Shown here: piece after piece, positions 47,388 to 57,799 of the stretch | Layout: each line of letters opens with the position of its first letter | How positions within the stretch are numbered: position 1 is the first letter of the stretch | DNA from: an uncultured Verrucomicrobiae bacterium | Lineage (GTDB): Bacteria > Verrucomicrobiota > Verrucomicrobiia > Chthoniobacterales > JACTMZ01 | Direction of reading: 5' to 3' | Length of the DNA: 64,000 nt | NCBI GenBank assembly: GCA_963776165.1 | Contig: CAVZLI010000008.1 | Coordinates: 351,424-415,423, forward strand | Made by a program: the position numbers and the translations under genes | The notes under the pieces: generated by a model | What the model saw: only the letters and a program-made list of their open reading frames with translations | The model's database searches: none | Told to the model about the DNA's origin: nothing

Positions 47388-48773
47388 ATGGTCACCGCCA
47401 CGCGTCCCAAAATCGGCATGGTCAGCCTCGGCTGCGCCAAAAACCTCGTGGACGCCGAGATCATGCTCGGCGGGGCGGCGAAGGAAAATTTTGACCTGAC
47501 CAGTGAGCCGGACGAGGCAGATGTCCTCGTCATCAACACCTGCGGCTTCATCGACCAGGCCAAAGAGGAGTCGATCGATACCATCCTCGAAATGCACCAG
47601 CGCCGGTTGTCAGCCCGCCCGGAGCAGAAAATTGTCGTCAGTGGCTGCCTCGCCCAGCGCTACCACGAGGAACTCAAACGCGAAATCCCCGAAGTCGACG
47701 CCTTCATCGGACTCGACCAGATCGCCGAGTTCCCGCGCATCGTCCGCGAAGTCCTCGAGCGCCCGGCCGCCGGGAACGCGACACCGCTCGATCTCGTCAC
47801 GCGAAAATCGCGTTACATCCCCGATTACGACACCCCGCGCTACCTGCTCACCCCGCGCCACACCGCTTACCTCAAAATCGCCGAGGGCTGCAACCACCCG
47901 TGCAGTTTCTGCGTTATTCCGCAAATGCGCGGACGCCACCGCAGCCGGACCATCGACTCGGTCGTGGCGGAGGCCCGGCAACTCGTCGCGCAAGGCGTCA
48001 AGGAACTCAATCTCATCAGCCAAGACACCACCTACTTCGGCATGGACCTCTGGGAGAAAAAGGCCGGTCCGCGCCAACCGGTCGATTCGTCGCGGGGACC
48101 GACCCTCTGCCGCTTGCTCCAAGAACTCGACCAGATCGAAGGCGATTTCTGGGTCCGCCTGCTCTACACGCACCCGGCGCACTGGAGCGATGAACTCATC
48201 GCCACCATCGCGCAAAGCAAGCGGGTGGCCCGCTACGTCGACATGCCTCTGCAGCACATCCACGAGGAAATGCTTCAACTCATGCGCCGCGAAACTTCAC
48301 GGGAGCACATCGAGGACCTCATCACTCGCCTGCGCGAAGGCATCCCGGGGCTGGCCATCCGCACGACTTTCATCACGGGCTTCCCCGGCGAAACCGACGA
48401 GCACTTCGAATCCCTGCTCGAATTCATTGAGCGCGTGCGTTTCGAACGCCTCGGGGTTTTCAAGTATTCGCAGGAGGAAGGGTCGCGTGCCGCCAAGATG
48501 GACGGACAAATCCCGGCGTCCGCCAAAAACAAACGCCACGCTCGCGCCATGAAACTGCAGCAGAAAATCGCCCGCGAGTTGGCCGAAGCGCAAAAGGGCC
48601 GCACCATCAAAGTCCTGGTCGAACAACCGCAGGTCGCCCGCAGCGAGCACGACGCTCCCGATGTTGATTGCCGCGTCCTGCTGGAATCCGCACTGCCCGT
48701 CGGACAATTCGCCGAAGTTCGAGTCACCGGCGCGCAGGTCTACGACATCGTCGCCCAGTCCTGCAATTTGTAG
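47388..48773 (+). CDS. rimO: Ribosomal protein S12 methylthiotransferase
   Basis: SLGCAKNLVDAE, CNHPCSFC radical SAM motif, DAPDVD TRAM domain. Confidence 0.96.
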   Translation: MVTATRPKIGMVSLGCAKNLVDAEIMLGGAAKENFDLTSEPDEADVLVINTCGFIDQAKEESIDTILEMHQRRLSARPEQKIVVSGCLAQRYHEELKREIPEVDAFIGLDQIAEFPRIVREVLERPAAGNATPLDLVTRKSRYIPDYDTPRYLLTPRHTAYLKIAEGCNHPCSFCVIPQMRGRHRSRTIDSVVAEARQLVAQGVKELNLISQDTTYFGMDLWEKKAGPRQPVDSSRGPTLCRLLQELDQIEGDFWVRLLYTHPAHWSDELIATIAQSKRVARYVDMPLQHIHEEMLQLMRRETSREHIEDLITRLREGIPGLAIRTTFITGFPGETDEHFESLLEFIERVRFERLGVFKYSQEEGSRAAKMDGQIPASAKNKRHARAMKLQQKIARELAEAQKGRTIKVLVEQPQVARSEHDAPDVDCRVLLESALPVGQFAEVRVTGAQVYDIVAQSCNL

Positions 48774-48828
48774 CGGCGGACAGCCGAGGCTTGGCGAGAC
48801 AGGCGAAGCCAATGTCCGTCGGTGCTAC
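48770..48828. repeat. Degenerate GTAGC REP-like inverted repeat spanning two convergent stop codons
   Basis: GTAGCGGCGGACA ... TGTCCGTCGGTGCTAC. Confidence 0.5.
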
Positions 48829-50330
48829 GCCGTATACGACGCCTCGACCCGCTCGGCCACGTCGAGATACCCGTAGTCGACCTCGTAAATCTCTTTCATG
48901 CAGCCGAGCGATTTTTCCATATCGCCCATCCGCTCATAAACGAGGCCCAAGTTGTAGAGGATGTCTTTCTTGGTCCCGTCCATACCGGGGATTTCGCTGG
49001 CCGCATCGGTCAGCGTCTTGGCCGCGAGATCGAGCATATTGCGCTCGGTGTAGCACTTGCCCAACATGTTCAGAGCCTTGGTGCGTGTGTTGGGGTTCGA
49101 ACGCGCCTTCTGCAATTCGGGGATGGCCTCTTTGTAGTGTCCGGCCAGCACGAGTTGCTCGCCCAATTCGAAACGGTATTGCAGGTCGGTCGGATTGCGA
49201 TCCACCCGTTTGCGGGCCTCGCCGAGCATTTGTTCGGCTCTGCCGCGGCGCAATTCGTCGATTTCCGCCCGCAGGGCCGCCGCCTCGGGACTGTCGGGCG
49301 CGAGCGCGGCGAGTTCCTTTTCTTTGTCCCCGATGGAACGCGTCAGCTTGCGCACCTCGGTGTCGCTGATCTTGCGGAGGAGACCGGGATCGGTCTCGTT
49401 GGCCAGCGCGGAGAGATAGCGATAATACTCGAGCGCGTTTTCATAGTCGTCCTTGTTGAAATACAGGTCGGCAAGTTTGCGCGCAGCCTCGCGGTTCGGT
49501 TCGCCCGCCTCATGAGCCTCGTAAACAATCCGCGCGAGTTCCTCGGCGGATTCCTCGGCGCCAACGACTTTCTCACCCCCGCTTTTGGCCGCATCCTGAC
49601 GCTGCTTGACCAGTTCGGCGAACGATGCCGTGCCGAGTTTGCCCTGCTGCATGGAGCGGCGGGCCGCGGCCTCCTTCGCTTTGTCGCGCGCGTCGGTGTC
49701 CAGCGGGTTCTTGCGGATGATTTCCTCGAAAACCTTCGAGCCCTCGTCGAACTCCTGGATGCGCATGAGGTAGTCGCCGAGTTCATGCTTTGCTTTGGTG
49801 TTCTTCGGATCGTGCGCGATGGTTTCGAGGGCCAGACGGGCAATGGCCTCGTAGGTGCGCACTTTGTCCACCGCCGCATCGAGCTGACGCGCGGCGGCTT
49901 CCTTGGTCGCCTCATCCGCGGTGTCAAAGGCCGTCTGCAACGGAGCCGCGGCTTGGCGCGCGGCCGCCGCCGCCGCTTCGGCTGCTTCATGGAGTTCCTT
50001 GTTTGGCTGCGCTCCCGTCGGATCGCCTTCGAGGGCTTTCTCCGCCTCGGCCAGTGCCGCATTCCAATCGCCCGCCTCGATTAACTTTTTCACTTTGCCG
50101 CGCCCGAGTGAAATCCCGCTGCCCGACAAGCCGAGGAAACTCGATTTCCCCTTGGATCGCATCATCTGCGCCTCGCGCAGCAACCTGCGTCCGGCCAGAA
50201 ACTCGGGCTCGGCCGCCACCAGCGGGCCGAGCAGCGACGAGATCAGCCCGTAATTCTTCATCTCGAGCGCACTGAGGGCCTTGAGGTAAGCGTTGCGCTG
50301 GACGGGGGAGAGGTCTTTTTCGGTCTTCAC
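48825..50330 (-). CDS. Tetratricopeptide-repeat protein
   Basis: Multiple TPR-like helices, e.g. YNLGLVYERMG..EK; ends VDYGYLDVAERV. Confidence 0.85.
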   Translation of the reverse strand: MKTEKDLSPVQRNAYLKALSALEMKNYGLISSLLGPLVAAEPEFLAGRRLLREAQMMRSKGKSSFLGLSGSGISLGRGKVKKLIEAGDWNAALAEAEKALEGDPTGAQPNKELHEAAEAAAAAARQAAAPLQTAFDTADEATKEAAARQLDAAVDKVRTYEAIARLALETIAHDPKNTKAKHELGDYLMRIQEFDEGSKVFEEIIRKNPLDTDARDKAKEAAARRSMQQGKLGTASFAELVKQRQDAAKSGGEKVVGAEESAEELARIVYEAHEAGEPNREAARKLADLYFNKDDYENALEYYRYLSALANETDPGLLRKISDTEVRKLTRSIGDKEKELAALAPDSPEAAALRAEIDELRRGRAEQMLGEARKRVDRNPTDLQYRFELGEQLVLAGHYKEAIPELQKARSNPNTRTKALNMLGKCYTERNMLDLAAKTLTDAASEIPGMDGTKKDILYNLGLVYERMGDMEKSLGCMKEIYEVDYGYLDVAERVEASYTA

Positions 50331-50377
50331 GACGAGTCGTAAAATTTATCAGCCGCGATCCCGCGGTGCAATGCGCC

Positions 50378-51445
50378 TTACACGGACGGACTGTCCGGGT
50401 AGCTGCCCAGAATGCGGGTGAACGCACACACCTTGCCCAATTCCGCAAGGGCGGAAGCCACCTTCGGATCCTCGGCATGGCCGGCGAAATCGGCGAAAAA
50501 ATAGTATTCCCACGCCTGACGCTTGGACGGACGGCTTTCGATGCGGGTCAGGCTGATTCCGCCCCGCTCGAAGGGCTCGAGCGCTTTGGCCAGGGCTCCG
50601 GGTTGATCTTTCACCGCGAACATGACCGAGGTTTTGTCGCGTCCCGACGGCCGGGCCGGCTTCTTCCCGACAACAAAAAAGCGCGTCACATTGCTCGCCG
50701 CGTCTTGGATCGACGGCGCCAAGACGGGCAGTCCGAATTCCTCGCCTGCCATGCTTCCGGCGATGGCCGCTGTATCGCGCTCGGCCGCGGCCAATTCCGC
50801 CGCGCGCGCCGTGCTCGAAACCTCGATGCATTCCACAGACGGCAAGTGTTCGGCCAACCAGCGGCGGCATTGGCCGAAGGGTTGCGGGTGGGAATAGACC
50901 TTGCGGACCTTTTCCAGCGGCCCCGCGCCGAGCAAATTCAATTCCACCGGCAGGAAAATCTGCGCGCAAATCTTCACGTCGCCGTCCATGAAACGGTCGA
51001 GCGTGGCATTGACCGATCCTTCCTGCGAATTCTCGATCGGCACCACGCCGTAGTGCGCTCGCCCGCGCTCCACCGCTTCGAAAACCTCCCCGATGGTGCG
51101 CTCCGGTTGGAGGTGCACCGCGTGGCCGAACTGCGTCACCGCGGCCTGGTGGCTGAAGGTCGTGCGCGGACCGAGGTAGGCGACCTTGATCGACTGCTCC
51201 AAGGCCCGCATGGAGGAAAGAATTTCGCGGTAGACCGCACGCAAAGACGCCTCCGGCAGCCGGCTCTTGTTGGCCGCGGCCAAACGCTGCAGCAGGGCCT
51301 CCTCGCGCTCCGGCGCGTAGTAAGACTCGCCGCTCTTGTCCTTGAGGTGGCCGACTTTTTCGACCAACTCCGCGCGCTCCCGCAGGAGTTCGAGGATCCG
51401 GTCGTCGACCCCGTCGATCGCGGCGCGCAATTGCTCCAGCGTCAT
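50378..51445 (-). CDS. pheA: Chorismate mutase / prephenate dehydratase
   Basis: LR..ID..D..IL.LL.ER, PIENS.EG, SHPQ, NVTRF, IESRP. Confidence 0.96.
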   Translation of the reverse strand: MTLEQLRAAIDGVDDRILELLRERAELVEKVGHLKDKSGESYYAPEREEALLQRLAAANKSRLPEASLRAVYREILSSMRALEQSIKVAYLGPRTTFSHQAAVTQFGHAVHLQPERTIGEVFEAVERGRAHYGVVPIENSQEGSVNATLDRFMDGDVKICAQIFLPVELNLLGAGPLEKVRKVYSHPQPFGQCRRWLAEHLPSVECIEVSSTARAAELAAAERDTAAIAGSMAGEEFGLPVLAPSIQDAASNVTRFFVVGKKPARPSGRDKTSVMFAVKDQPGALAKALEPFERGGISLTRIESRPSKRQAWEYYFFADFAGHAEDPKVASALAELGKVCAFTRILGSYPDSPSV

Positions 51446-52128
51446 GACGCCTCCCCGGCCGGCTCGGACTCCGTGGCGGGAGTTTCCGCCGCGCCATTCG
51501 TGCCCGCCGCCTCGTCCAGCGGCAAATCCGGCTGGCTGTCGTCCTTCGCCGCCACCGGCAATTCGACGCGGCGCAACTCGGCGCAATTCGGCAACTCGTC
51601 GAGGGAACGCAAACCGAAATGCTCGAGGAAAAATTCCGTCGTGCCGTAGAGCAACGGACGCCCCGGCACATCGGCACGGCCGGAAATGCGGATGACCCCG
51701 CGCTCGAGCAGAGTCTGCATCACGCCGTCGACATTCACCCCGCGCACCGCCTCGATGTCCGCCCGCGTGATCGGCTGGCGGTAGGCCACAATGGCGAGGG
51801 TTTCCAAAGCCGATGGACTCAACCGCGCCGGGCGATTCTCCGGGAAAAGCTGCCGCACCCACGGCACGGCATCCGGCGCGGTCACCGCCTTCCAACCCGA
51901 TCCGCTCTCGACCAAACGGAATCCGCGCTGCTGCTCCTCGTATTCCGCGCCCAACTCGCGCAGGGCCTCGCCCACCGCGTCCTGCTTGGTCTTGGCCAAA
52001 GCGGCTACCTCCGCATCCTCCGGCGCCGCCTCGACGGCCCCCTTGAGATATTTGATGCACTCGGCGGCGGAAATCGGTTTGTCGGAGGCGAACAGCAGGG
52101 CCTCAAGAACACGGTGGAGCGGACTCAT
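51442..52128 (-). CDS. scpB: SMC segregation protein B
   Basis: EALLFAS, LETLAIVAYRQPITRADIEAVRGV, GRPLLYGTT. Confidence 0.96.
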   Translation of the reverse strand: MSPLHRVLEALLFASDKPISAAECIKYLKGAVEAAPEDAEVAALAKTKQDAVGEALRELGAEYEEQQRGFRLVESGSGWKAVTAPDAVPWVRQLFPENRPARLSPSALETLAIVAYRQPITRADIEAVRGVNVDGVMQTLLERGVIRISGRADVPGRPLLYGTTEFFLEHFGLRSLDELPNCAELRRVELPVAAKDDSQPDLPLDEAAGTNGAAETPATESEPAGEAS

Positions 52129-52230
52129 AAAAGCGAGGGCAGAGGATTTGCCATTTGCCTCGGGGCATCAACCCCGAAAAAAGCGGTTCCCCGGATGCGT
52201 GCCGCGAGAAACCGGGAAAAGAAGCGGCGA

Positions 52231-52296
52231 GGTAGGGCGCGACGTCCCCGGCGCGCCGCCAGAGTTGCGCGGCGGGTCCGGAGGCCCTGCCCTACC
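52231..52296. repeat. GTAGGG-type REP doublet
   Basis: GGTAGGGCGCGACGTCCCCGGCGCGCCGC ... GCGGCGGGTCCGGAGGCCCTGCCCTACC. Confidence 0.75.
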
Positions 52297-52354
52297 TGAC
52301 AAAGCAATCGCATAAAACTTCAAGTCACCGGCAAGGCAAACGGCGCGATCGCCC

Positions 52355-53122
52355 TTACTCCTCGGACGCGTCCTCCGGCACCACGGCCAAGCCCCGTCTC
52401 CGAAGCATGATCTCCCCGAAAGACCCCTCCTGCTCGACGTGGACGTGCCGCAGGCGGACCAGTTCCAACAGGGCCAGAAAAGTCGCCACCACCTCCCCGC
52501 GCGTGGTCTGTCCGGCGAACAACTCCTCGAACTTGAGCCCCTCCTTCTCCGGGAGAATCTTCAGCACGTATTCGATTTTTTCCGAGACCGTGAATTGGTC
52601 GGCCTCAATCTCGCGCTCTGCGCCCTTCTTTTTCTCGAGGCGGTCGAGCACACGCTGGAACGCGGCAATGAGATCGAGCGCGCCGACCTCGCCGGCCAGC
52701 AGGGTGGCCCCGCCGTCGACCGGAGGAGCGGAGGGTGACCGCCCGAAAAGTTTGGTCGCCAGTTCCTCGCGGTCGCGCAGTTCCCCGGCCGCTTCCTTGA
52801 ACTTCTTGTATTCGATGAGCTGGCGGATCAACTCCCAGCGCGGATCCTCGTCCTCGCCCTCGTCGTCGACCACCGTCTGCAGGTCCGCCGGCAGGAGCGT
52901 GCGGCTTTTGATGTAAAGGAGGTTCGCGGCCATGACGATGAATTCGCCGCCGATTTCGACGTCGACCGACTCCATCTGCCCGAGGTAGTCGAGGTATTGA
53001 CGGGTGATCCGCCCGATCTCAATGTCATAGATATCCACCTCGTCCTTGCGCACAAGGTAGAGCAGGAGATCGAGCGGTCCCTCGAAAACGTCGAGTTTGA
53101 CCTTGTAGGCCGCGTCCGCCAC
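52355..53122 (-). CDS. scpA: SMC segregation protein A
   Basis: FEGPLDLLLYL, KSRTLLP, FLALLELVR. Confidence 0.96.
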   Translation of the reverse strand: MADAAYKVKLDVFEGPLDLLLYLVRKDEVDIYDIEIGRITRQYLDYLGQMESVDVEIGGEFIVMAANLLYIKSRTLLPADLQTVVDDEGEDEDPRWELIRQLIEYKKFKEAAGELRDREELATKLFGRSPSAPPVDGGATLLAGEVGALDLIAAFQRVLDRLEKKKGAEREIEADQFTVSEKIEYVLKILPEKEGLKFEELFAGQTTRGEVVATFLALLELVRLRHVHVEQEGSFGEIMLRRRGLAVVPEDASEE

Positions 53123-53131
53123 GGGAGCCGG

Positions 53132-53479
53132 TTACAACCCGCGTTTGCGACGCTCCACCGCCAGTTGCGTCTTGTGCTTCTTCGACGTGACCAACCGCGT
53201 CTTGCGCTTGCGCAGCTGCCGGGAAAGTTTGTTCATCACGAGGTCAATGGCCGCATAGAGATCGTTCTCGCGGTCCTCGGCATGGATGTCGGGTCCGGGC
53301 ACGGCGAGGTGGACCTTGACCACATAGTTGTTCTTCTTTTTCGACTCGTCGTGCATGAGGACGACATGGGCCGCGATGATGCGGTCGCTTTGGTTGTCAA
53401 GGTGCGCCAGCTTGTTCACCACATACGAATTGATCGCGCCAGTGAGCGCGAGGTGCCGGGGACTCAGATGGATATGCAT
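53132..53479 (-). CDS. hpf: Ribosome hibernation promoting factor (HPF/RaiA)
   Basis: RHLALT.AI..YV..K, DLYAAIDL...KL.RQLRK.K. Confidence 0.9.
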   Translation of the reverse strand: MHIHLSPRHLALTGAINSYVVNKLAHLDNQSDRIIAAHVVLMHDESKKKNNYVVKVHLAVPGPDIHAEDRENDLYAAIDLVMNKLSRQLRKRKTRLVTSKKHKTQLAVERRKRGL

Positions 53480-53526
53480 ACAGAACCAATAAACCACCAC
53501 CCGACCCCGCGGCCAATCCGAATCAG

Positions 53527-54024
53527 TCAGGTCTCCACCCCGCCCTCGGCCAGCACGACCCGCGCGGCGGACTCAAATTTCGCCCTGTTCTTCTTCCCTT
53601 TGATCGAGAGGAGGGCATTGTCGCGGATGACCCGTGCCGAAGCCGGGTCCTTGTAGACCCGCAGCCAGATTTCCATCATCCGCAAATGCGGCGCGATCTC
53701 CTCCGGATGCTCCGCCGCCAACTCCGCATAGGCCTCCAACGCCCCTGCGTAGTCCTCCCGTGCTACCCTTCCCTCAGGGATGCTGTAAGCGGGTTGCGGA
53801 CGGTCGTGGCGCCCGCCGGGCATGAAAATCCCCGACATCCAATCGCCGAAGAATCCCGCGATGGGCTTGGCCAGGAAAATTGCCGCCACGACGAGCACCC
53901 CGTGCGCCGCCACGATCATGAGCATCCCGCCGGGGATTCCCTCTTCCTGTCCCCGCGCCCCGAGCCACCACCACACCCCCACGCAAATGGCCAACCCGGC
54001 CATCCGAAGAATCACCCCGACCAT
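53527..54024 (-). CDS. Hypothetical membrane protein with a TPR-like C-terminus
   Basis: Two TM helices, then P.YS.PE...G.Y..A..AY. Confidence 0.7.
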   Translation of the reverse strand: MVGVILRMAGLAICVGVWWWLGARGQEEGIPGGMLMIVAAHGVLVVAAIFLAKPIAGFFGDWMSGIFMPGGRHDRPQPAYSIPEGRVAREDYAGALEAYAELAAEHPEEIAPHLRMMEIWLRVYKDPASARVIRDNALLSIKGKKNRAKFESAARVVLAEGGVET

Positions 54025-54060
54025 GACGCCCTTATGCCACACCGTGCCGCTGCCGGGCAC

Positions 54061-54087
54061 AAAAAAAACCGGGGCGGTTGCCCCGGT
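54061..54087 (-). terminator. Rho-independent terminator of the glycosyltransferase operon
   Basis: ACCGGGGC-AACC-GCCCCGGT followed by a T-tract. Confidence 0.75.
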
Positions 54088-54106
54088 CTACCGAAAGAGA
54101 AGCCGT

Positions 54107-55181
54107 TCAGTGCTTGGCCAAAAGTGTCTCGTAGACAGTCTCGACGGCCTTGGCCTGCGCTCTGGCGTCATGGTCCCTCAGCACACGTTCCCGCGCCAAT
54201 TTTCCCTGCTCGGCGCGCAGGCCGGCATCGGAGAGAAACGGACCCAACTTCGCCGCAAAATCCTCCGCGTCCCCCGGCCGTGCTGTCACCCCACCCTGCC
54301 GATCGCCCAGAATCTCCCGGCATCCGTCGACGTCCGAAACAACCGAAGGCACCCCGCAGGCCATCGCTTCGAGCAGGGTCATGGGCATGCCTTCGTAATC
54401 GGAGGTCAGCATGAACACATCCGCCGCCGCCAACACCTCGCGTGAATCGCGAAATCCGGCAAGACGCACATTCGCCGGCGCGTTGCGGCGCAAAGCCGCC
54501 TCTTCCGGTCCGGTCCCGGCGACCACAAAGTCCACCTCCGGAAAACGCGCCGCCACCTGCAGAAACAGCGGCCAATTTTTCTGCGGATGCAACCGCCCGA
54601 GACCGGCGACCACGAGCCGGTCCGGGACAATCCAGCCCATGTCGCGGCGGGTCGCTCCCCGCTCCGCGGCGTGGAAGCGTTGCGCATCCACCCCATTGCC
54701 GAGGAGTGTGACAAAATCCCCAGGCAAGTTTCTCCCGCTCCGAGCAGGTCGCGGGTGGAAGATGAAACGGCGAAGACGTGCGAGGAAAAGCGATTCAGCG
54801 CACGATCGAGAGATTGCACCAGCCGTTACGAACCCGGTCGTTGCAGTGATCGTGGTTCATCCGCACCCGCACACCGCAGAGCGCCGCGAGAGGTTTGCCG
54901 ATCCAGTTGGCGCCGAAAAGATGCGCAGTGGACAACGTCGAATGTTCCCGGCGCAATAGGCGGGGCAGGGACAAAGATAGGCCGGTGGGAATTTGGCGGA
55001 GGACAAAGAGATGACGTGCACGCCTTCCGCTTTCAAAGCTTCTGCTGAAAACGCCCCGCCCGTGCATCGGGGCGACGCTGAACTCAAATTTCCTCCGGTC
55101 GTGAAACCGGGCGAAATTTACCAGCACCGTTTGCGCCCCGCCCAGATCGAGGCTGTCGATAACGTGGAGGACACGGATCAT
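54107..55181 (-). pseudogene. GT4 glycosyltransferase, frameshifted
   Basis: RVLHVIDSLDLGGAQ ... GRLHPQKN ... EGMPMTLLEAMACG across several frames. Confidence 0.85.
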
Positions 55182-55672
55182 CAGGCGGAGGCACCGATCG
55201 GTCGCGCAGGGTTGCCGGCCACCGTTTGCCCCGGGGCCACGTCATGCAATACCACGCTACCGGCGCCGATGACCGCATCGTCACCGATCGAGATGCGGCC
55301 AAGGATCACGCTGTTGCACCCGATGTCCACCCGGTCGCCTATGACAGGGCAATCGTCCGCCTCGCGGCGGTTGCCGATGGTTGTGCAGTGCCGCAACGTG
55401 CAGTCGGTGCCGAGCACAGCGCGATCGTGCAAAACCAGACCGAAGCCGTGGTGCAAACGGAGTCGCGGTCCCACGGTGGCTTTGTAATTCAGTTCGATAC
55501 CCAACTCCCAGTAGGCGATAAATTGGTAGACAGCCAGATACGGCAAAGCCAACCAACGCAGCACCGGCGGCCAGCGGTGCAGTTTCTGCGCGAAACGGAA
55601 AGAACCGAGGAGAAGGCGGATGCGCCAGTTGCGCGGATTGACCGCCCAGTCCTGCCAGATGTCGTCACTCAT
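55181..55672 (-). CDS. Hexapeptide-repeat O-acetyltransferase (WcaB/CysE-like)
   Basis: [33 protein letters not shown]. Confidence 0.9.
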   Translation of the reverse strand: MSDDIWQDWAVNPRNWRIRLLLGSFRFAQKLHRWPPVLRWLALPYLAVYQFIAYWELGIELNYKATVGPRLRLHHGFGLVLHDRAVLGTDCTLRHCTTIGNRREADDCPVIGDRVDIGCNSVILGRISIGDDAVIGAGSVVLHDVAPGQTVAGNPARPIGASA

Positions 55673-56769
55673 GGGATGATCTCCAAGCCGCGCAAGAAAG
55701 CGCCCGTCTCCTTGGCATTATCGTGCATCTCCACCACGAAACGCTCGCATCCCGCCTGCATGGCCTCAAGCGCGGAGGCGTCTTCCATCATCCGGCGCGC
55801 CGCTGCAACCAGCGCCGAAAAATCTCCCGCGGCATAGACCCCCGGACCAAAGTCTCCGAAAATGTCGTCCGGATTGACGTCCAAAGAAAGAAGCGCGGCG
55901 CGTCCCAAGCCGGCTTGGATGAAGCTGTTGGGCCATCTCTCCCAAGTCGAGGTGTTCACAAAAACCCTCGCGCGATCGTAATAGTCCTGCACCCGGTGAT
56001 AGGGCACGCTTTCGATGAGTTCGACATTAGGCAGGTCCGCGGCGCGCCTCGAAATGTTGTCCCAAAGAGCGCGGTCCTGCGCCGGACAAATCATGCGAAA
56101 ACAGCAGGCGGGCAACGCGGCCGCAAGATCGAGGAACAAATCCGGTCGCTTGATCGGCATGCACCGCGAGACCCAAAGAAAATCGACGTCCTTCGCACCG
56201 ACCACCGGCCCGCTCCGCGGGAAAATCAGATAACGGTAAAGCGTTGCCTCCATCCCGCGCCGCCGGTAGTGGGCGACTTGCTCCCGCGTGATGGCATGAC
56301 GCGCATCGCAACGTCGCAGGGCGAACTCGAAAAGCGCGCCGAAAAGCGGGTGCTCCCGCCGGTATTCCCCGTTCACCTCCGTGTCCAGAGCGCAGATGAA
56401 ATCCAGCTTGTAGCGGAGGAAAGGCCGCAGCGCCCACAGCACAAAGAGCCAGGCCGTCCAGCCCATCACAACCACCCAGTCCGGCTTTTCCTCGCGAAGG
56501 ACGCGAACCACACGCGGGATGGCTGCGATCATCTCTGCCAAACGCCCGGTATGAAACTTCCCCGCGTTACGCACCCGCACGCCCTGTAACTGCGTGCCGT
56601 CCCCCTGCCCCGTATCGCCACCGGCCACCACTATCTCATGCCCCTGTGCGGCCAGTTCACGCGCCAGCAAAGCCACTTGCAGTTCCGCGCCGCCGGACGT
56701 CAGCGTGGACGTCTCGTCGAGCACCAAGTGGGCGTGGCTGGAAAGAAAAAGGATTTTCACGGTCGACAA
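55669..56769 (-). CDS. GT4 glycosyltransferase
   Basis: [23 protein letters not shown]. Confidence 0.85.
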   Translation of the reverse strand: MSTVKILFLSSHAHLVLDETSTLTSGGAELQVALLARELAAQGHEIVVAGGDTGQGDGTQLQGVRVRNAGKFHTGRLAEMIAAIPRVVRVLREEKPDWVVVMGWTAWLFVLWALRPFLRYKLDFICALDTEVNGEYRREHPLFGALFEFALRRCDARHAITREQVAHYRRRGMEATLYRYLIFPRSGPVVGAKDVDFLWVSRCMPIKRPDLFLDLAAALPACCFRMICPAQDRALWDNISRRAADLPNVELIESVPYHRVQDYYDRARVFVNTSTWERWPNSFIQAGLGRAALLSLDVNPDDIFGDFGPGVYAAGDFSALVAAARRMMEDASALEAMQAGCERFVVEMHDNAKETGAFLRGLEIIP

Positions 56770-56814
56770 ACTGCCTGCGTCGTGCGGTGTCAGCAGCTAG
56801 GTTGAGGGGCAATT

Positions 56815-57783
56815 ATGCGCGTCGCCTTCTACCTTCCGAACACCATATGCCTGGGGTAGATCGCCGGAAGCGTGGCAGACGGGTGGTCCGCTGACGTTGG
56901 AGCAGGCCGGCAAGAGTGCCTCCGCCCAAAGCTGGGTCTACCAAACATGGGCGTTTCTTCGCCGAGCGGGAGTTCCTGCTGATCTCGTCCATGAAATGCC
57001 GCGCACGGGGATCGTTGTCACCATCACCGGGTGCCTGCCTCCCCATTTCGCTCCGCCACGAGGAGTCTATGTGGCGGGTATCATGGCCGACGGCTTACCG
57101 TATCCGGCCGCGCACCTTCACATCCTGCAGAATTCCGCACACGCCCGCACGTTTCCCGGAGCGGTTTTCATGCCGCATTGGCCGCAGCCGGGTCTGACAG
57201 TGAGGAACGGAACGCGGTGCGACTTTCGAAAGGGTCTGCTTTTTCGAGGTCGAGAGAAACCTCGCCCCGGAATTGCGGGAGCAGCAATGGCAAGATGAGC
57301 TTTTCCGCTCAACCGGCGCACGGCTCGAGATCCGCGGTGCCGAGCGCTGGCACGACTACTCGGATGTCGATGCCGTGGTCGCCATTCGCGACTTCTCGGG
57401 GCGCGGTCATCCGCACAAACCAGCCACCAAACTTTACAACGCGTGGCTGGCCGGTGTCCCGTTGGTCGGCGGCAGCGATGCGGCTTTCCGTTCCGACGGG
57501 CGCCCGGGCAACGCTATTCGAAGTCCGGTTTCCGGAGGAGACGTTGTTCGTTTTACTGCGGTTGAAGCAAGATGGCGCGCTGCGACACCGCCTTGTGCGG
57601 GAGGGCACAGCGAGTGTTCGCCGGTTCACCCCGGAAGCCGTCACCCAGCGTTGGAGGACATTAGTGGAAGAGGAACTGCCGCGCCGCGCCTCCCGCGAAC
57701 TGAACCACCCGGGAGTCATGCGGCGTCTGCTGTTCCGCGCACGGCATCTTTGGTGCCGGTTCGATCTGGCCCGACCGCGCTAA
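56815..57783 (+). pseudogene. Glycosyltransferase-like protein, frameshifted
   Basis: MRVAFYLP...SWVYQTW...PHWPQPGL...WHDYSDVDAVVAIR...KPATKLYNAWLAGVP across frames. Confidence 0.7.
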
Positions 57784-57799
57784 AGCTACTGGTTTTTGC

